This document shows positions 41,417-52,964 of a DNA stretch of 64,000 nucleotides, in pieces. Each line of letters starts with the position of its first letter. The first letter of the stretch is position 1. Position numbers and translations under genes: made by a program. Origin of the DNA: Ignavibacteria bacterium. Its GTDB lineage: Bacteria > Bacteroidota > Ignavibacteria > Tepidaquicellales > OLB5. Under the pieces are notes generated by a model. The model was not told the DNA's origin. It made no database searches and was given only the letters and a program-made list of their open reading frames with translations. The stretch is from NCBI GenBank assembly GCA_030835085.1, contig JAUQWQ010000158.1, positions 70,892-134,891 of the forward strand, read 5' to 3'.

Positions 41417-42142
41417 TTATTTCCTAGGATTTGTAGGTCTTATCTCAATTTCACCAATCATTGCGTTACCGGGCAGCGAAGCTGCCAGCAGAATGGTTTC
41501 GGCAATTTCCTCTGCCTGCAGCACGGATTCTTTGCTTGATGAAAGCGTAGTTTGTGAATCTGCCCTGAAAAAATCAGTAGCAACACTTCCCGGGCATATT
41601 GCGCAAACTCTTATGTTATACTGCCTCACTTCAAGCATCAATGCGCGGCTTAGCCCCATAACAGCATGTTTGGATGCGCAGTAAATTGAGCCGGTCGCGA
41701 ATCCCTGTTTACCTGCGACAGATGCAATGTTTATTATAGTGCCTGATTGTTCTTTTATCATATGCGGCAGAAATCCTTTAGTAATAAGGTATAATGAACG
41801 GACGTTTGTATTGAATACTGCGTCAAAATCATCTAGTTTTGAATCAACCATATTATCAAATATACCAAACCCAGCATTGTTAATTAAAATATCTATCTTA
41901 CCATATTTTCCAATAGTTTCATCAATTACTCTTTTTATGGTTTCTTCTTTGGAAATATCCCCGGCTAATATAGTAATGTTATCTTTTTCGCTTTCATTTT
42001 CAGCAATGATCTTTTCAAGGTCACTCTTATTCCTTGATGTAAGCACAACTTTAGCGCCTTCTTTAAGGAACAGCTCAGCGGTAGCTTTGCCAATACCTTT
42101 ACCCGCTCCTGTGATTACTGCTATTTTGTTGATTAGTTTCAT
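41417..42142 (-). CDS. Short-chain dehydrogenase/reductase
   Basis: TGAGKGIG, NNAG, YCASK; true start MKLINK at 42142 (the longer ORF starts inside a repeat). Confidence 0.92.
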   Translation of the reverse strand: MKLINKIAVITGAGKGIGKATAELFLKEGAKVVLTSRNKSDLEKIIAENESEKDNITILAGDISKEETIKRVIDETIGKYGKIDILINNAGFGIFDNMVDSKLDDFDAVFNTNVRSLYLITKGFLPHMIKEQSGTIINIASVAGKQGFATGSIYCASKHAVMGLSRALMLEVRQYNIRVCAICPGSVATDFFRADSQTTLSSSKESVLQAEEIAETILLAASLPGNAMIGEIEIRPTNPRK

Positions 42143-42158
42143 TAAGTATGTTAGATTA

Positions 42159-42197
42159 CTGTTTCCCAATCCGCCCTGGCGTACCAGTTTGGGAAAC
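42159..42197. repeat. Nested palindromic element (copies at 45703-45741 and 47449-47484)
   Basis: GTTTCCCAA-TCCGCCnnGGCGtA-CCAGTTTGGGAAAC. Confidence 0.65.
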
Positions 42198-42306
42198 ACT
42201 GGATATGATCTGAATTATGAATTTATTTTTACGAATTCTAAAATGCCTTTAAGGAATCAGTTACCAGCATAAAAAGAGATCCCCGCTTTCGCGGGGATAA
42301 GAATCA

Positions 42307-43014
42307 TCACAAATCCCCTTTTATAGGCTTGATGACAACATCCTCGATCACAACCTTTTTCGGCTGGTTGGCAATTTGTATGGTAATTTCAGAAACTTCC
42401 CTGGGAGTCATCATTCTTGAAGAATATTTCTGCCTGGTCGCCGGACTCCACATTGGCGTATCAGTTGCTCCCGGCATAATATTAGAAATTTTGATATTAA
42501 ACTTCCTTACCTCTGCCCTTAAGCCGTTGAACATTGCGAGCATCCCCGCTTTTGATGCCGCATATGCCGAGCTGTTTGTAAATACAGTATGCGCTGCAAC
42601 TGAAAGAATATTGATAATATGCCCGCGTTTTTTCTTCATCATAATCGGCAGCACAGTGCGCGCCATCAAATAACTTCCTCTAAGGTTGGTTTCTATAATA
42701 TCATCAAATTCGGGCGGCTTGGTATCAATAAAGGATTTAAATGCTGTAATTGAAGCATTATTGATAAGTATATCAATAGTTCCGCATTTTTCGAGAATTT
42801 TCTTCTTGGTGCTGATAATACTCCGTTCTGAGCGGACATCACATACAAAGGCGTATGCTTCATGTCCCGCAAAACGTATTTCATTTACAAGACTAACAAG
42901 TCTTGATTTTCTTCTGGCAGTAGCAATAATAGTATAACCTGATTTCGCAAATACTTTGGCAAGCTCAAACCCTATTCCGGTCGAAGCTCCGGTGATCCAT
43001 ACTACCCGGTTCAT
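42307..43014 (-). CDS. Short-chain dehydrogenase/reductase
   Basis: TGASTGIG, INNA, YAASK. Confidence 0.92.
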   Translation of the reverse strand: MNRVVWITGASTGIGFELAKVFAKSGYTIIATARRKSRLVSLVNEIRFAGHEAYAFVCDVRSERSIISTKKKILEKCGTIDILINNASITAFKSFIDTKPPEFDDIIETNLRGSYLMARTVLPIMMKKKRGHIINILSVAAHTVFTNSSAYAASKAGMLAMFNGLRAEVRKFNIKISNIMPGATDTPMWSPATRQKYSSRMMTPREVSEITIQIANQPKKVVIEDVVIKPIKGDL

Positions 43015-43060
43015 AAATTATAATTTAGTTCGACTTATTGCTTTTTGCTGATATTTTATT

Positions 43061-44641
43061 CTAATACTCGCCCCATACACCTCGAAGCGTGTTGGATATT
43101 TCGCCAATAGAACAATAACTTTCAACACATTTCAGAATATACGGCAGCAAGTTATCTGTTCCTTCAGCAGCATTTTTAAGCGCTTCAAGATCACGTTTCA
43201 CTTCCTCGTTATTTCTTTCAGCTTTAACTTTTTTCAGTTTTTCAATCTGCTGTCTGCCTATCGCTTCATCAATATGCATCAGGTCAAGCTTTTCGGGGTG
43301 ATCTTCATCAACAAACTTATTTACACCAACAATTACACGCTCACCTGATTCAATTTCCTTCTCAAATTCATACGCACTTACTGCAATTTCATCCTGCTGA
43401 TAATTAAGTTCAATGCATTTAACTGCCCCGCCCAGTTCATCAATTTTGTTCAGGTATGCCCATGCGCCTTTTTCTATCTGGTCTGTAAGATACTCAATGT
43501 AATATGAACCTGCAAATGCATCGACAGTATCCGCTATTCCGCTTTCATATGCAATTACCTGCTGGGTCCTTAAAGCTGTTGTTACTGAATCCTCAGTTGG
43601 AAGCGCAAGCGCTTCATCCTTTGAATTTGTGTGCAGTGACTGGCATCCGCCCATTACAGCACCCATTGCTTCTATGGTTGTACGGATAACGTTATTTTCA
43701 ACCTGCTGAGCTGTGAGCGATGAACCCGCTGTCTGGCAGTGGAAACGAAGCATCATGCTTTTTTCACTCTTTGCATTAAAGCGTTCCTTCATTATCTTGG
43801 CATAAATTCTTCTTGCAGCGCGGTATTTTGCAATTTCCTCAAGGAAGTTTATCTGCCCGTTGAAGAAGAATGAAAGCCGTGATGCGAATTTATCTACGTC
43901 AAGTCCCGCTTTTTGTGCTGATTCGATATAAGCGATAGCATCAGCCAAAGTGAATGCAACTTCCTGGATTGCATTACTGCCGGCTTCGCGGATATGGTAC
44001 CCACTGATAGAAATAGTATTCCAGCTCGGAAGGTTCTGGTTACACCATGCGAATATATCGGTGATAAGTCTCATCGAATGTTTTGGCGGATAAATATATG
44101 TTCCCCTGGCGATGTATTCTTTAAGTACGTCATTCTGTATTGTACCGCTTATTTTTTTCAGGTCAGCACCCTGTTTTTTGGCAATAGCAACATACATACA
44201 AAGCAGCACTGCTGCCGTTGCGTTGATCGTCATGGAAGTAGTAATTTTATCCAGTGTGATACCGTCAAATAGTATTTCCATATCTTTGAGAGTATCTATG
44301 GCCACACCTACTTTTCCAATTTCGCCTTCGGCGATTGGTTCATCACTATCATAGCCGATTTGCGTCGGCAGGTCAAAAGCAATACTTAGACCAGTTGTTC
44401 CCTGCTCCAGAAGAAATTTATACCGCTTGTTTGATTCTTCTGCTGAGCCGAATCCGGCATACTGCCTCATTGTCCAGAACCTGCTGCGGTACATTTGCTC
44501 ATGCACACCGCGGGTGAAGGGATATGAACCGGGATCGCCTAACTTGGTCTTATATTCTTCAGTATTCTGGTTTATAAAAGCCGGGATCTCGATGCCTGAA
44601 TCTGTAACGAATTTTGCTTTTCTATTCTTGAATTCTTTCAT
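43061..44641 (-). CDS. Methylmalonyl-CoA mutase, substrate-binding (large) subunit of a split enzyme
   Basis: [49 protein letters not shown]; no C-terminal B12-binding DxHxxG domain. Confidence 0.92.
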   Translation of the reverse strand: MKEFKNRKAKFVTDSGIEIPAFINQNTEEYKTKLGDPGSYPFTRGVHEQMYRSRFWTMRQYAGFGSAEESNKRYKFLLEQGTTGLSIAFDLPTQIGYDSDEPIAEGEIGKVGVAIDTLKDMEILFDGITLDKITTSMTINATAAVLLCMYVAIAKKQGADLKKISGTIQNDVLKEYIARGTYIYPPKHSMRLITDIFAWCNQNLPSWNTISISGYHIREAGSNAIQEVAFTLADAIAYIESAQKAGLDVDKFASRLSFFFNGQINFLEEIAKYRAARRIYAKIMKERFNAKSEKSMMLRFHCQTAGSSLTAQQVENNVIRTTIEAMGAVMGGCQSLHTNSKDEALALPTEDSVTTALRTQQVIAYESGIADTVDAFAGSYYIEYLTDQIEKGAWAYLNKIDELGGAVKCIELNYQQDEIAVSAYEFEKEIESGERVIVGVNKFVDEDHPEKLDLMHIDEAIGRQQIEKLKKVKAERNNEEVKRDLEALKNAAEGTDNLLPYILKCVESYCSIGEISNTLRGVWGEY

Positions 44642-44838
44642 AATGATTCCAAATTTCCTTACGGGTATAATTCATAAATTTACATGACAAAAATAGGTAA
44701 AATAGCCCTAAAATAATATGATTAAGATTAGGTTTTAACTGTACTTATGAAATTGGTTTTTTGCAACTGTTGTTTAAACAACAAAAAATCTCTATCTTTG
44801 CCTTAATTATCCATAACATAAACCTAAAATTTAAAGCT

Positions 44839-45411
44839 ATGAACAAAAAATTTCTCGGAGCAGCGGCAATTGTTGTAATTTTTGCTTTCGGTTTTCTGTA
44901 TCTTAACCAGTCTTATTTAATAGCTAATGATAAAGACGGCAAAGATTGCAGCAAAGAGTGCACTCAAAATGCAGGCAAAACAGGCTGCGATAAAACAGCG
45001 GCTACAGAAACATCCGGCGATAAATCAGGTTGTGATAAATCAAGCTGCGATAAATCAAAATGCGGCGATAATAATGTAAAAGCAGGCGGCGAGTATTCAA
45101 GCTACCAGTTTGTTACAGATAAGGTTACCTGCGAAGATTCAAAAGCTGACCTGCAGAAAAATATTTTAAGTATAGCAGGTGTAAAAGAAGTTAATTTCGG
45201 TTCAACCTGCAATGTTTCAAAAATGACAAGCGTTACAATAATGTATTCAGCAGGCGAAACCAGCGAAGAGAACATAGCTGCATCATTAAAAGAAAAGAAC
45301 ATGGATTGCTCAGGCAAATCAGGCTGCGATAAAGACGGTAAAAATTCCGGTGATGTAAATAAGGAATGCCCAGGCAAGAACAAAAAATCAAACTATTCAA
45401 AACAGCTGTAA
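44839..45411 (+). CDS. Exported Cys-rich protein with HMA-like domain
   Basis: Signal/TM at MNKKFLG; GCDK repeats flanking an HMA-like segment (VTCEDS...IAGVKEV). Confidence 0.65.
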   Translation: MNKKFLGAAAIVVIFAFGFLYLNQSYLIANDKDGKDCSKECTQNAGKTGCDKTAATETSGDKSGCDKSSCDKSKCGDNNVKAGGEYSSYQFVTDKVTCEDSKADLQKNILSIAGVKEVNFGSTCNVSKMTSVTIMYSAGETSEENIAASLKEKNMDCSGKSGCDKDGKNSGDVNKECPGKNKKSNYSKQL

Positions 45412-45433
45412 TTCTTAAGCTTCGTAGATTTTT

Positions 45434-45464
45434 AAAAGGAGATTGGAAACAATCTCCTTTTTTT
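45434..45464 (+). terminator. Rho-independent terminator
   Basis: AAAAGGAGATTG-GAAA-CAATCTCCTTTTTTT. Confidence 0.88.
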
Positions 45465-45511
45465 ATATGCTGATTTAAACACAGATAACACTCATTGAGG
45501 AATGTACCTTT

Positions 45512-45879
45512 GTAGGCGTCGTGGCTTGCCCGACGCCCTTTTTAATTCTCCCTGTTCAAGTGGGCTTATTCATTTTTCTACCACCACCTATTGTATATCG
45601 AATAGCCGATTCGACTTTTGTTCAATTACCTGAACTCGAACGGCGTTTCGAGTTACAATTGTGGCTCATACTTTTCTCTTTTAACCCTATCATAATTTAC
45701 CCCTGTTTCCTAATCCGCCGAGGCGGACTGGTTTGAAAAACTTTTTTAACCAATGAACCACCGATAGGGTCCTGTGTCCCAAACTCAAGTTTGGGACACA
45801 TTGCAGCATTTTTCATTTTAACCCTCTTCATATTTCATTAACTTTGTATATTGATTCCCAAACTGGAGTTTGGGAATCA
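45512..45879. repeat. Cluster of at least six REP-like palindromes
   Basis: Hairpins at 45512-45538, 45593-45615, 45633-45656, 45703-45741, 45773-45800, 45852-45879. Confidence 0.75.
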
Positions 45880-45905
45880 GAGTATTTATATAAAAAAATT
45901 AAATT

Positions 45906-47327
45906 ATGCCAGAAAAAATATTAATAGGCAGTGAATTCATCTCCACTGCTGAAGTAAGACCCGTAATAAATCCCTATACAAATAAAACCGTTGGAGAAGT
46001 TTACATTGCAGGTGATGCGGAGTTCAACGCCTCTGCGGATTACCTCACTTTGATTGCAAAGGAATATGCAAACCTGCCAACTTATAAAAAACAGGAACTG
46101 CTTTATAACATATCGGTCAGAGTTAAAGCTCAGAAAAACGAGCTTGCTAAACTCATTACCGATGAGACGGGCAAACCCATAAAATTTTCAACGATAGAAG
46201 TTGACCGAGCAATTTTTACTTTCAGACTTGGCGCCGAAGAATGCTCGCGCATTTATGGTGAAGTATTGCCACTCGATCTGCTTCCCGGTTCAGAAAATAA
46301 AACCGGAATAGTACGCAGATTCCCTGTAGGATTAATACTCGGTATAACTCCATGGAACTTCCCGATAAACCTTGTTGCTCATAAAATTTCACCCGCACTC
46401 GCAAGTGGAAATGTAATACTAATAAAACCGGCATCAAGCTCAATGTTATCCGCCATAGCTTTGGGTAAAATAGTTTACGATGCATGCAAAGAGCTTGGTT
46501 TCAATTCAATTCCATTGAATATTTTACCAATTTCCGGCAGTAAGATGGATGAACACATAGCCGACAGCAGGATAAAGCTTATCAGCTTTACAGGCTCAGG
46601 TGATGTTGGCTGGGGAATTAAGAAAAAATCCGATAGACAGAAAGTATCGCTAGAGCTTGGCGGCAATGCGGGAGTAATTGTAAATTATGATGCTGATATT
46701 GATTCCGCAGTTGCCAAAATTACAGTTGGGGGATTCTCACAAGCCGGGCAAAGCTGTATATCCGTGCAGCGGGTTTACATTCACAGAAATATTTATGAGG
46801 AGTTCAAAAAAAGATTAATTGCAGCGGCTAAAAAAATTGAATATGGCGACCCGTATGAACCTGATACAATAACCGGACCAATGATAAATGAAGATGAAGC
46901 TTTAAGAGCTGAGAAATGGATAAATGAAGCTAAACAAAGCGGAGCTTTGATACTTACAGGAGGCTCCAGAAATGGCGCCGTAGTTGAGCCGACAGTGATA
47001 GAAAACGCTCCGGATACCGCAAATGTTAAGTGCGCTGAAGTATTCGCTCCGATAATAACAATTGAGCAGTTCACTGATTTTAGAGACGCTGTAAACAAGG
47101 TTAATGATTCACGTTTTGGGCTGCAGGCTGGATTATTTACTGATAATATGACCGATATTATGTATGCATACAATAATATTCACACTGGTGGTGTGATTAT
47201 CAACGAAGCTTCAGCCTACAGAATGGATGCAATGCCTTACGGCGGTGTTAAAGATTCAGGTAACACCCGCGAGGGTGTGCGATATTCGATTAATGAGATG
47301 ACTGAAGAAAAGATATTGGTGATGTAG
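45906..47327 (+). CDS. Aldehyde dehydrogenase family protein
   Basis: ITPWNFP, FTGS, LELGGN, GQSCIS catalytic Cys, EVFAP, PYGGVKDSG. Confidence 0.95.
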   Translation: MPEKILIGSEFISTAEVRPVINPYTNKTVGEVYIAGDAEFNASADYLTLIAKEYANLPTYKKQELLYNISVRVKAQKNELAKLITDETGKPIKFSTIEVDRAIFTFRLGAEECSRIYGEVLPLDLLPGSENKTGIVRRFPVGLILGITPWNFPINLVAHKISPALASGNVILIKPASSSMLSAIALGKIVYDACKELGFNSIPLNILPISGSKMDEHIADSRIKLISFTGSGDVGWGIKKKSDRQKVSLELGGNAGVIVNYDADIDSAVAKITVGGFSQAGQSCISVQRVYIHRNIYEEFKKRLIAAAKKIEYGDPYEPDTITGPMINEDEALRAEKWINEAKQSGALILTGGSRNGAVVEPTVIENAPDTANVKCAEVFAPIITIEQFTDFRDAVNKVNDSRFGLQAGLFTDNMTDIMYAYNNIHTGGVIINEASAYRMDAMPYGGVKDSGNTREGVRYSINEMTEEKILVM

Positions 47328-47372
47328 GTTTCCTATTCGTCCGATGAATCAAAGTCAATTAATGAATGTTAA

Positions 47373-47425
47373 GGGCTAAAGCCCGGATTTCCCTAAAATT
47401 GTATACCACGACCTGAAGGTCGTGG
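47373..47425. repeat. Paired hairpins resembling IS200/IS605-derived or REP-like ends
   Basis: GGGCT-AA-AGCCC and CCACGACCT-GA-AGGTCGTGG. Confidence 0.55.
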
Positions 47426-47560
47426 CTATTTTTATAAAAATCAAAATTTTTTCCATTCCGGCGAGGCGGACCATTTTGGGAAACCATTTATTGAATTGTA
47501 TTACAAAAATGCGAAGTTTATTTTTATATTATTCTAAGTAATAATTCCAGATGATCTGTC

Positions 47561-48214
47561 ATGAAACTCCCTTTTACAGCAGAGCAATTTCTTCAGGTAT
47601 TTACAAACTATAACCAATCCATATGGCCGTTGCAGATTTTTTTTATTCTGCTTGCTGTGATTTGTGTGATTTTAATCTTTCGCAATTCAGTTTACACAAA
47701 TGTAATAGTACCCGCTATTCTTGCCTTCTTTTGGTTGTGGATGGGTGTAATTTATCACATTATTTACTTTTCGAAAATAAATCCGGCTGCATATCTTTTT
47801 GGAGCATTATTCATATTAGAATCAATACTCTTGCTCCACTATGGTAACATAAGAAAAGAAATCAAGCTTTTTTACAATAAGGACATCTATTCTTATTCAG
47901 GAATCGTAATTATCATCTTTGCATTAGCAATTTACCCGCTAATCGGTTATTTCTTCGGGCATATTTATCCGGCTTCGCCAACATTTGGTTTACCGTGCCC
48001 CACGACAATTTTTACTTTAGGAATACTCTTGTTCAATAAAGGGAAACTTCCTGTTGGATTAATCATAATACCACTGATCTGGTCATTAATTGGCTTTACG
48101 GCAGCATTAAAGCTGGGAATCTATGAAGATACGGGCTTGCTGATTGCAGGGATAGTAACTGTAATTCTGGCTTTTTACAGAAGGAAGAATTTTCAATCTA
48201 TGAACTTATCGTAG
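47561..48214 (+). CDS. Integral membrane protein (DUF6064-like)
   Basis: LPFTAEQFLQVF..YN..IWP start, several TM helices, PTFGLPCPTTIFT. Confidence 0.75.
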   Translation: MKLPFTAEQFLQVFTNYNQSIWPLQIFFILLAVICVILIFRNSVYTNVIVPAILAFFWLWMGVIYHIIYFSKINPAAYLFGALFILESILLLHYGNIRKEIKLFYNKDIYSYSGIVIIIFALAIYPLIGYFFGHIYPASPTFGLPCPTTIFTLGILLFNKGKLPVGLIIIPLIWSLIGFTAALKLGIYEDTGLLIAGIVTVILAFYRRKNFQSMNLS

Positions 48215-48385
48215 ATCCATTCGCTGTTTCTATAATTTTTCCCGAAACGGCGTTTCGGGTTATCCGAATTCTTAAACTTTACGACTTTGCGCCTTTGCGT
48301 GAAATAGATTCTGCCCCACTTCAATTTATTCTTCCTCTCCGAATGAGATCCTTCACCCCGCTTAAGCGGTGCTCAGGATTGATGG

Positions 48386-49306
48386 TCAACCAAACAATCT
48401 CTGTATCAGCCTGTTTTCAACACCGCAGAATTCGCAGTCAATTGGCTTTGCCGGGAATTCAGGTACTTTATTATCTGCACCGCAGGACATGCACTTAAAC
48501 TGCTGCTGAACCTTGGTATTCTTGTGGCAGCTTTCGCAATGCACTTTGTATGAGCCTTCAGGGATATAAATTTCCGCTTTGCAGTGCTCGCACTCACCTG
48601 TTCTGCCTGCGGGTCTTTCAATATCAACATACTGCATACTGAATCCTGTCATTTTAAGAAATCTCTCCTGGTCAGCATCAGTTAAGTACGGAATCCACAC
48701 CTGTACAAACATTGACATCTTCATTTTCATATGCACCTGCTCAGGGATAAGGTCGTGCATTATTGCATACTTCGGATTTTCATAGAAAACACGCATACCG
48801 TCCTTTGTCATTCCAATAAAGAATTCCGCCAGCCGGAAAAATCCGGTGCTTTCAACTTTATTGCCTGTGCCGTCATTGTAATACGTCAATGAATGCTGAA
48901 GCTGCTGCTGCTTCACACCGTATTCCTGCCACTTGGGGTCAAATCCATACTCAGCACTTGATTCTGCGCACACTTCAAGGTAATCTCTGTATTTATACCC
49001 GTCATCAATTGATGGCGGCAGGTATGCCGGGAATGTACGGTAATAATAATCCCAGAAATCTTTTTGCAGGCTGAAATACTGCTCCTTATCTCCGCGCTGC
49101 AGGGCAGCCTGTATTTTATTCATAAGCGCAATTTTGGTTGCCTGGTAATTCAGGGTTTTCACTGTTGATTCATTCCACTTATCGAGCCCCAAAGTATAAT
49201 CAATATCAGTAAAAGAACCGCAGTAATCACACATAATGTAAGGTGATTTGTACTCATTCACTTTCGGCGCACCGCAGTTAACACAGGTAAATTTCTTAAT
49301 TTTCAT
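48386..49306 (-). CDS. Hypothetical multi-zinc-ribbon protein
   Basis: Six CxxC motifs: CVNC, CDYC at the N-terminus; CEHC, CESC, CMSC, CEFC at the C-terminus. Confidence 0.75.
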   Translation of the reverse strand: MKIKKFTCVNCGAPKVNEYKSPYIMCDYCGSFTDIDYTLGLDKWNESTVKTLNYQATKIALMNKIQAALQRGDKEQYFSLQKDFWDYYYRTFPAYLPPSIDDGYKYRDYLEVCAESSAEYGFDPKWQEYGVKQQQLQHSLTYYNDGTGNKVESTGFFRLAEFFIGMTKDGMRVFYENPKYAIMHDLIPEQVHMKMKMSMFVQVWIPYLTDADQERFLKMTGFSMQYVDIERPAGRTGECEHCKAEIYIPEGSYKVHCESCHKNTKVQQQFKCMSCGADNKVPEFPAKPIDCEFCGVENRLIQRLFG

Positions 49307-49487
49307 AAAATTCCTTAATAATTAAGCATTCTAAAAGTTATGTTTAAACAATTTAAACACAATTTCTGTGATTTACAAAGAAAACAAATCTCATTTGTTT
49401 GTGAATTATGACTAATATCATTGTTTAAAGTTGTAAAAAAACGGTATTTTTGTATATGAAAACAGGGAATTTTTTCAAATATCCTGA

Positions 49488-50894
<1,407 letters not shown>

Positions 50895-50929
50895 TACAAT
50901 GTGCAATTAACAATGAGCTATGAACAATA

Positions 50930-50951
50930 GGGCGCTTAAGCGCCTTTTTTA
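50930..50951 (+). terminator. gdhA terminator
   Basis: GGGCGCT-TA-AGCGCCT followed by a T run. Confidence 0.75.
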
Positions 50952-50957
50952 TTGCTT

Positions 50958-51380
50958 TTACATGTTCTCAAAGCCAAATTTTACTGCCGCTTCAAGAATA
51001 TCAATGTTTATATCCTTAAGATTTTTGAACTTAATGCAATATCCGGTTACGCTTGCCTTGCCGAGTTTTTTTCCAAATGTTTTGGCTAAGTATTTTTTAT
51101 CTTTAATACCCATTATATAAACTGAGATACCTGCAGTATTTGCACTCAGACCAATTTGATAGAACTCCCTTGTTTTTCCGTCAGCATATTCTATGTTTTG
51201 CAGTCCATATCCGATATTTGGATTAGAAACTACTTTTCCATTACTATCTTTACCATCCAGGAACCATAATTTACATTTTGGTTTCAACTTCAGAAATCTT
51301 TTGTGCAGTTCCTGCATATCGCCCTGTTTTGATTCAGGCTGGCTTGAAATATACTCTTTTATCTGTTCTTTAATATTCAT
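50958..51380 (-). CDS. DUF1801-like protein
   Basis: YISSQPESKQ..MQELH, IGYG, GISVYIM, LGKASVTGYCIKFK. Confidence 0.75.
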   Translation of the reverse strand: MNIKEQIKEYISSQPESKQGDMQELHKRFLKLKPKCKLWFLDGKDSNGKVVSNPNIGYGLQNIEYADGKTREFYQIGLSANTAGISVYIMGIKDKKYLAKTFGKKLGKASVTGYCIKFKNLKDINIDILEAAVKFGFENM

Positions 51381-51385
51381 ATATA

Positions 51386-51835
51386 TTATTTTTTAAGTTC
51401 CTCTGCAAGACCTATCAGCAGCCCGTCCGCTGAACGAATGTAACAAAGCCGGTATGAGTTCTCATACTGAACGACCTCCCCCTCCAGTTTAGCGCCAAGT
51501 TTGGTTAATCTTGTTACCATTTCATCAATATCTTCCACTGCGAACATGACCCGAAGATAACCAAGGGAGTTTACTGGCGCATTCCGGTGGTCTGATACTA
51601 CAGGAGGAGTGAAAAATTTCGAAAGTTCGATCCTGCTGTGTCCATCGGGCGTAACCATCATGGCAATTTCTACATTCTGGTTACCAAGTCCGGTTACACG
51701 TCCTGCCCACTCTCCTTCAATTTTCGCTCTGCCTTCAAGCTTCAGACCAATTTCTGTAAAAAAAGAAACTGCATCATCAAGTGATTCCACCACAATGCTG
51801 ATATTGTCCATTCGAAGTAATTTATTTTTTGTCAT
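51386..51835 (-). CDS. VOC/glyoxalase family protein
   Basis: NISIVVESLD.A..FF, IELSKF, GYLRVMFAVEDID, RLCYIR. Confidence 0.85.
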   Translation of the reverse strand: MTKNKLLRMDNISIVVESLDDAVSFFTEIGLKLEGRAKIEGEWAGRVTGLGNQNVEIAMMVTPDGHSRIELSKFFTPPVVSDHRNAPVNSLGYLRVMFAVEDIDEMVTRLTKLGAKLEGEVVQYENSYRLCYIRSADGLLIGLAEELKK

Positions 51836-51963
51836 TGGTATTATCCCTATGAAATTAATTTCAATTGCGTATTCAATTGGCCGGAAACCGCTTGTAAATG
51901 ACAGGGTGAAGTCAAATCACGGCCGAAAAGTTTTGCGGGTATATGAAGTACTTTATCGGCAGT

Positions 51964-52950
51964 TCACCGCAATTTCTTCATTTGAGCCATGAAAAATTTT
52001 ATAACCTCTAAATTCACTTCTGCTGTAGTCCAATGTCCCACTTTTTCATATGTTTTGAAGACTGCATTAATATTTTTCTTCGTGTAGATCTTCTGACATT
52101 CCAGATATCTCGCCTGCACATTACTTCCAAGATTTTCATTGATTATTTTGCGTTCCTCTTCGGTATAAGCATCATCAAACTGAACTGCGTCATTATCATC
52201 CAAAGCCCCCATATATATGAATTGAGGAATTTCTTTATATGAATCCAGATCAAATTTATCACCGAAAATCTCTTTGAAATCGTTGATACCGATAGGGTAG
52301 TCAATTGCAATTCCGTTTAAGTTGTTTTGGGGCAGCATAAGTTTTCCGTTAAATCCGCCTATTGCCAATGCCTGTATTTTATCAGGATGAATAAAGCTAA
52401 AACGATTGGTAAACGTACCGGAAGCCGAAAATCCATTCATAAAAAATTTAGGTTCAACCTGAATATCCATAGACTTCAAAAGAATTCCGGCATCACTAAT
52501 CATTTCCAATAATTGGAGGTCAAGCCTCCTCAAGGCTTGTGTTTTTTCTAAAATTATATCTCTATCCAACGCATGGATATACATCAAAGGCTGAGATTCA
52601 GGCCGTGGAAAAACGGGAACGAGCAAGGGTATTTTTAATTCAGTAGAAATATTATTGCCAACTGATCTTACTGCGGCCAAATTAACTGCATATTTTTTGT
52701 GAACTTCTATGCTATCAGTTATTTTCCCTGTGTTGTTGGGTTCTACAAGCAGGAATAACTTCTTATTCAAGGGAGTCCCTTTAGGAATAAACAAAATGTA
52801 ATTATGATAAAATCCCTTTTCGGGATCCATATTAACAATAATCAGACTATCGCTTTTGATAGTGGTCGTTTCTGAATTTTGAGCAAATGAAGCAATATGA
52901 GTGAATACAAGAAACAAAAAAAGGATGCAACTTATAACTAGTGATCTCAT
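51964..52950 (-). CDS. Secreted alpha/beta-hydrolase-fold protein
   Basis: Signal peptide; FMNGFSASG nucleophile elbow; C-terminal YEKVGH. Confidence 0.65.
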   Translation of the reverse strand: MRSLVISCILFLFLVFTHIASFAQNSETTTIKSDSLIIVNMDPEKGFYHNYILFIPKGTPLNKKLFLLVEPNNTGKITDSIEVHKKYAVNLAAVRSVGNNISTELKIPLLVPVFPRPESQPLMYIHALDRDIILEKTQALRRLDLQLLEMISDAGILLKSMDIQVEPKFFMNGFSASGTFTNRFSFIHPDKIQALAIGGFNGKLMLPQNNLNGIAIDYPIGINDFKEIFGDKFDLDSYKEIPQFIYMGALDDNDAVQFDDAYTEEERKIINENLGSNVQARYLECQKIYTKKNINAVFKTYEKVGHWTTAEVNLEVIKFFMAQMKKLR

Positions 52951-52964
52951 ATAATTTTACAAAG

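Noticed and set aside
43061-44641. Pseudogene or isobutyryl-CoA/2-hydroxyisobutyryl-CoA mutase
   Set aside because: Split mutases with a separate B12 subunit are common, and RQYAGF has the Tyr typical of methylmalonyl-CoA specificity
45465-45905. CRISPR array
   Set aside because: Palindromes differ in sequence and spacing; no constant repeat-spacer period and no cas genes
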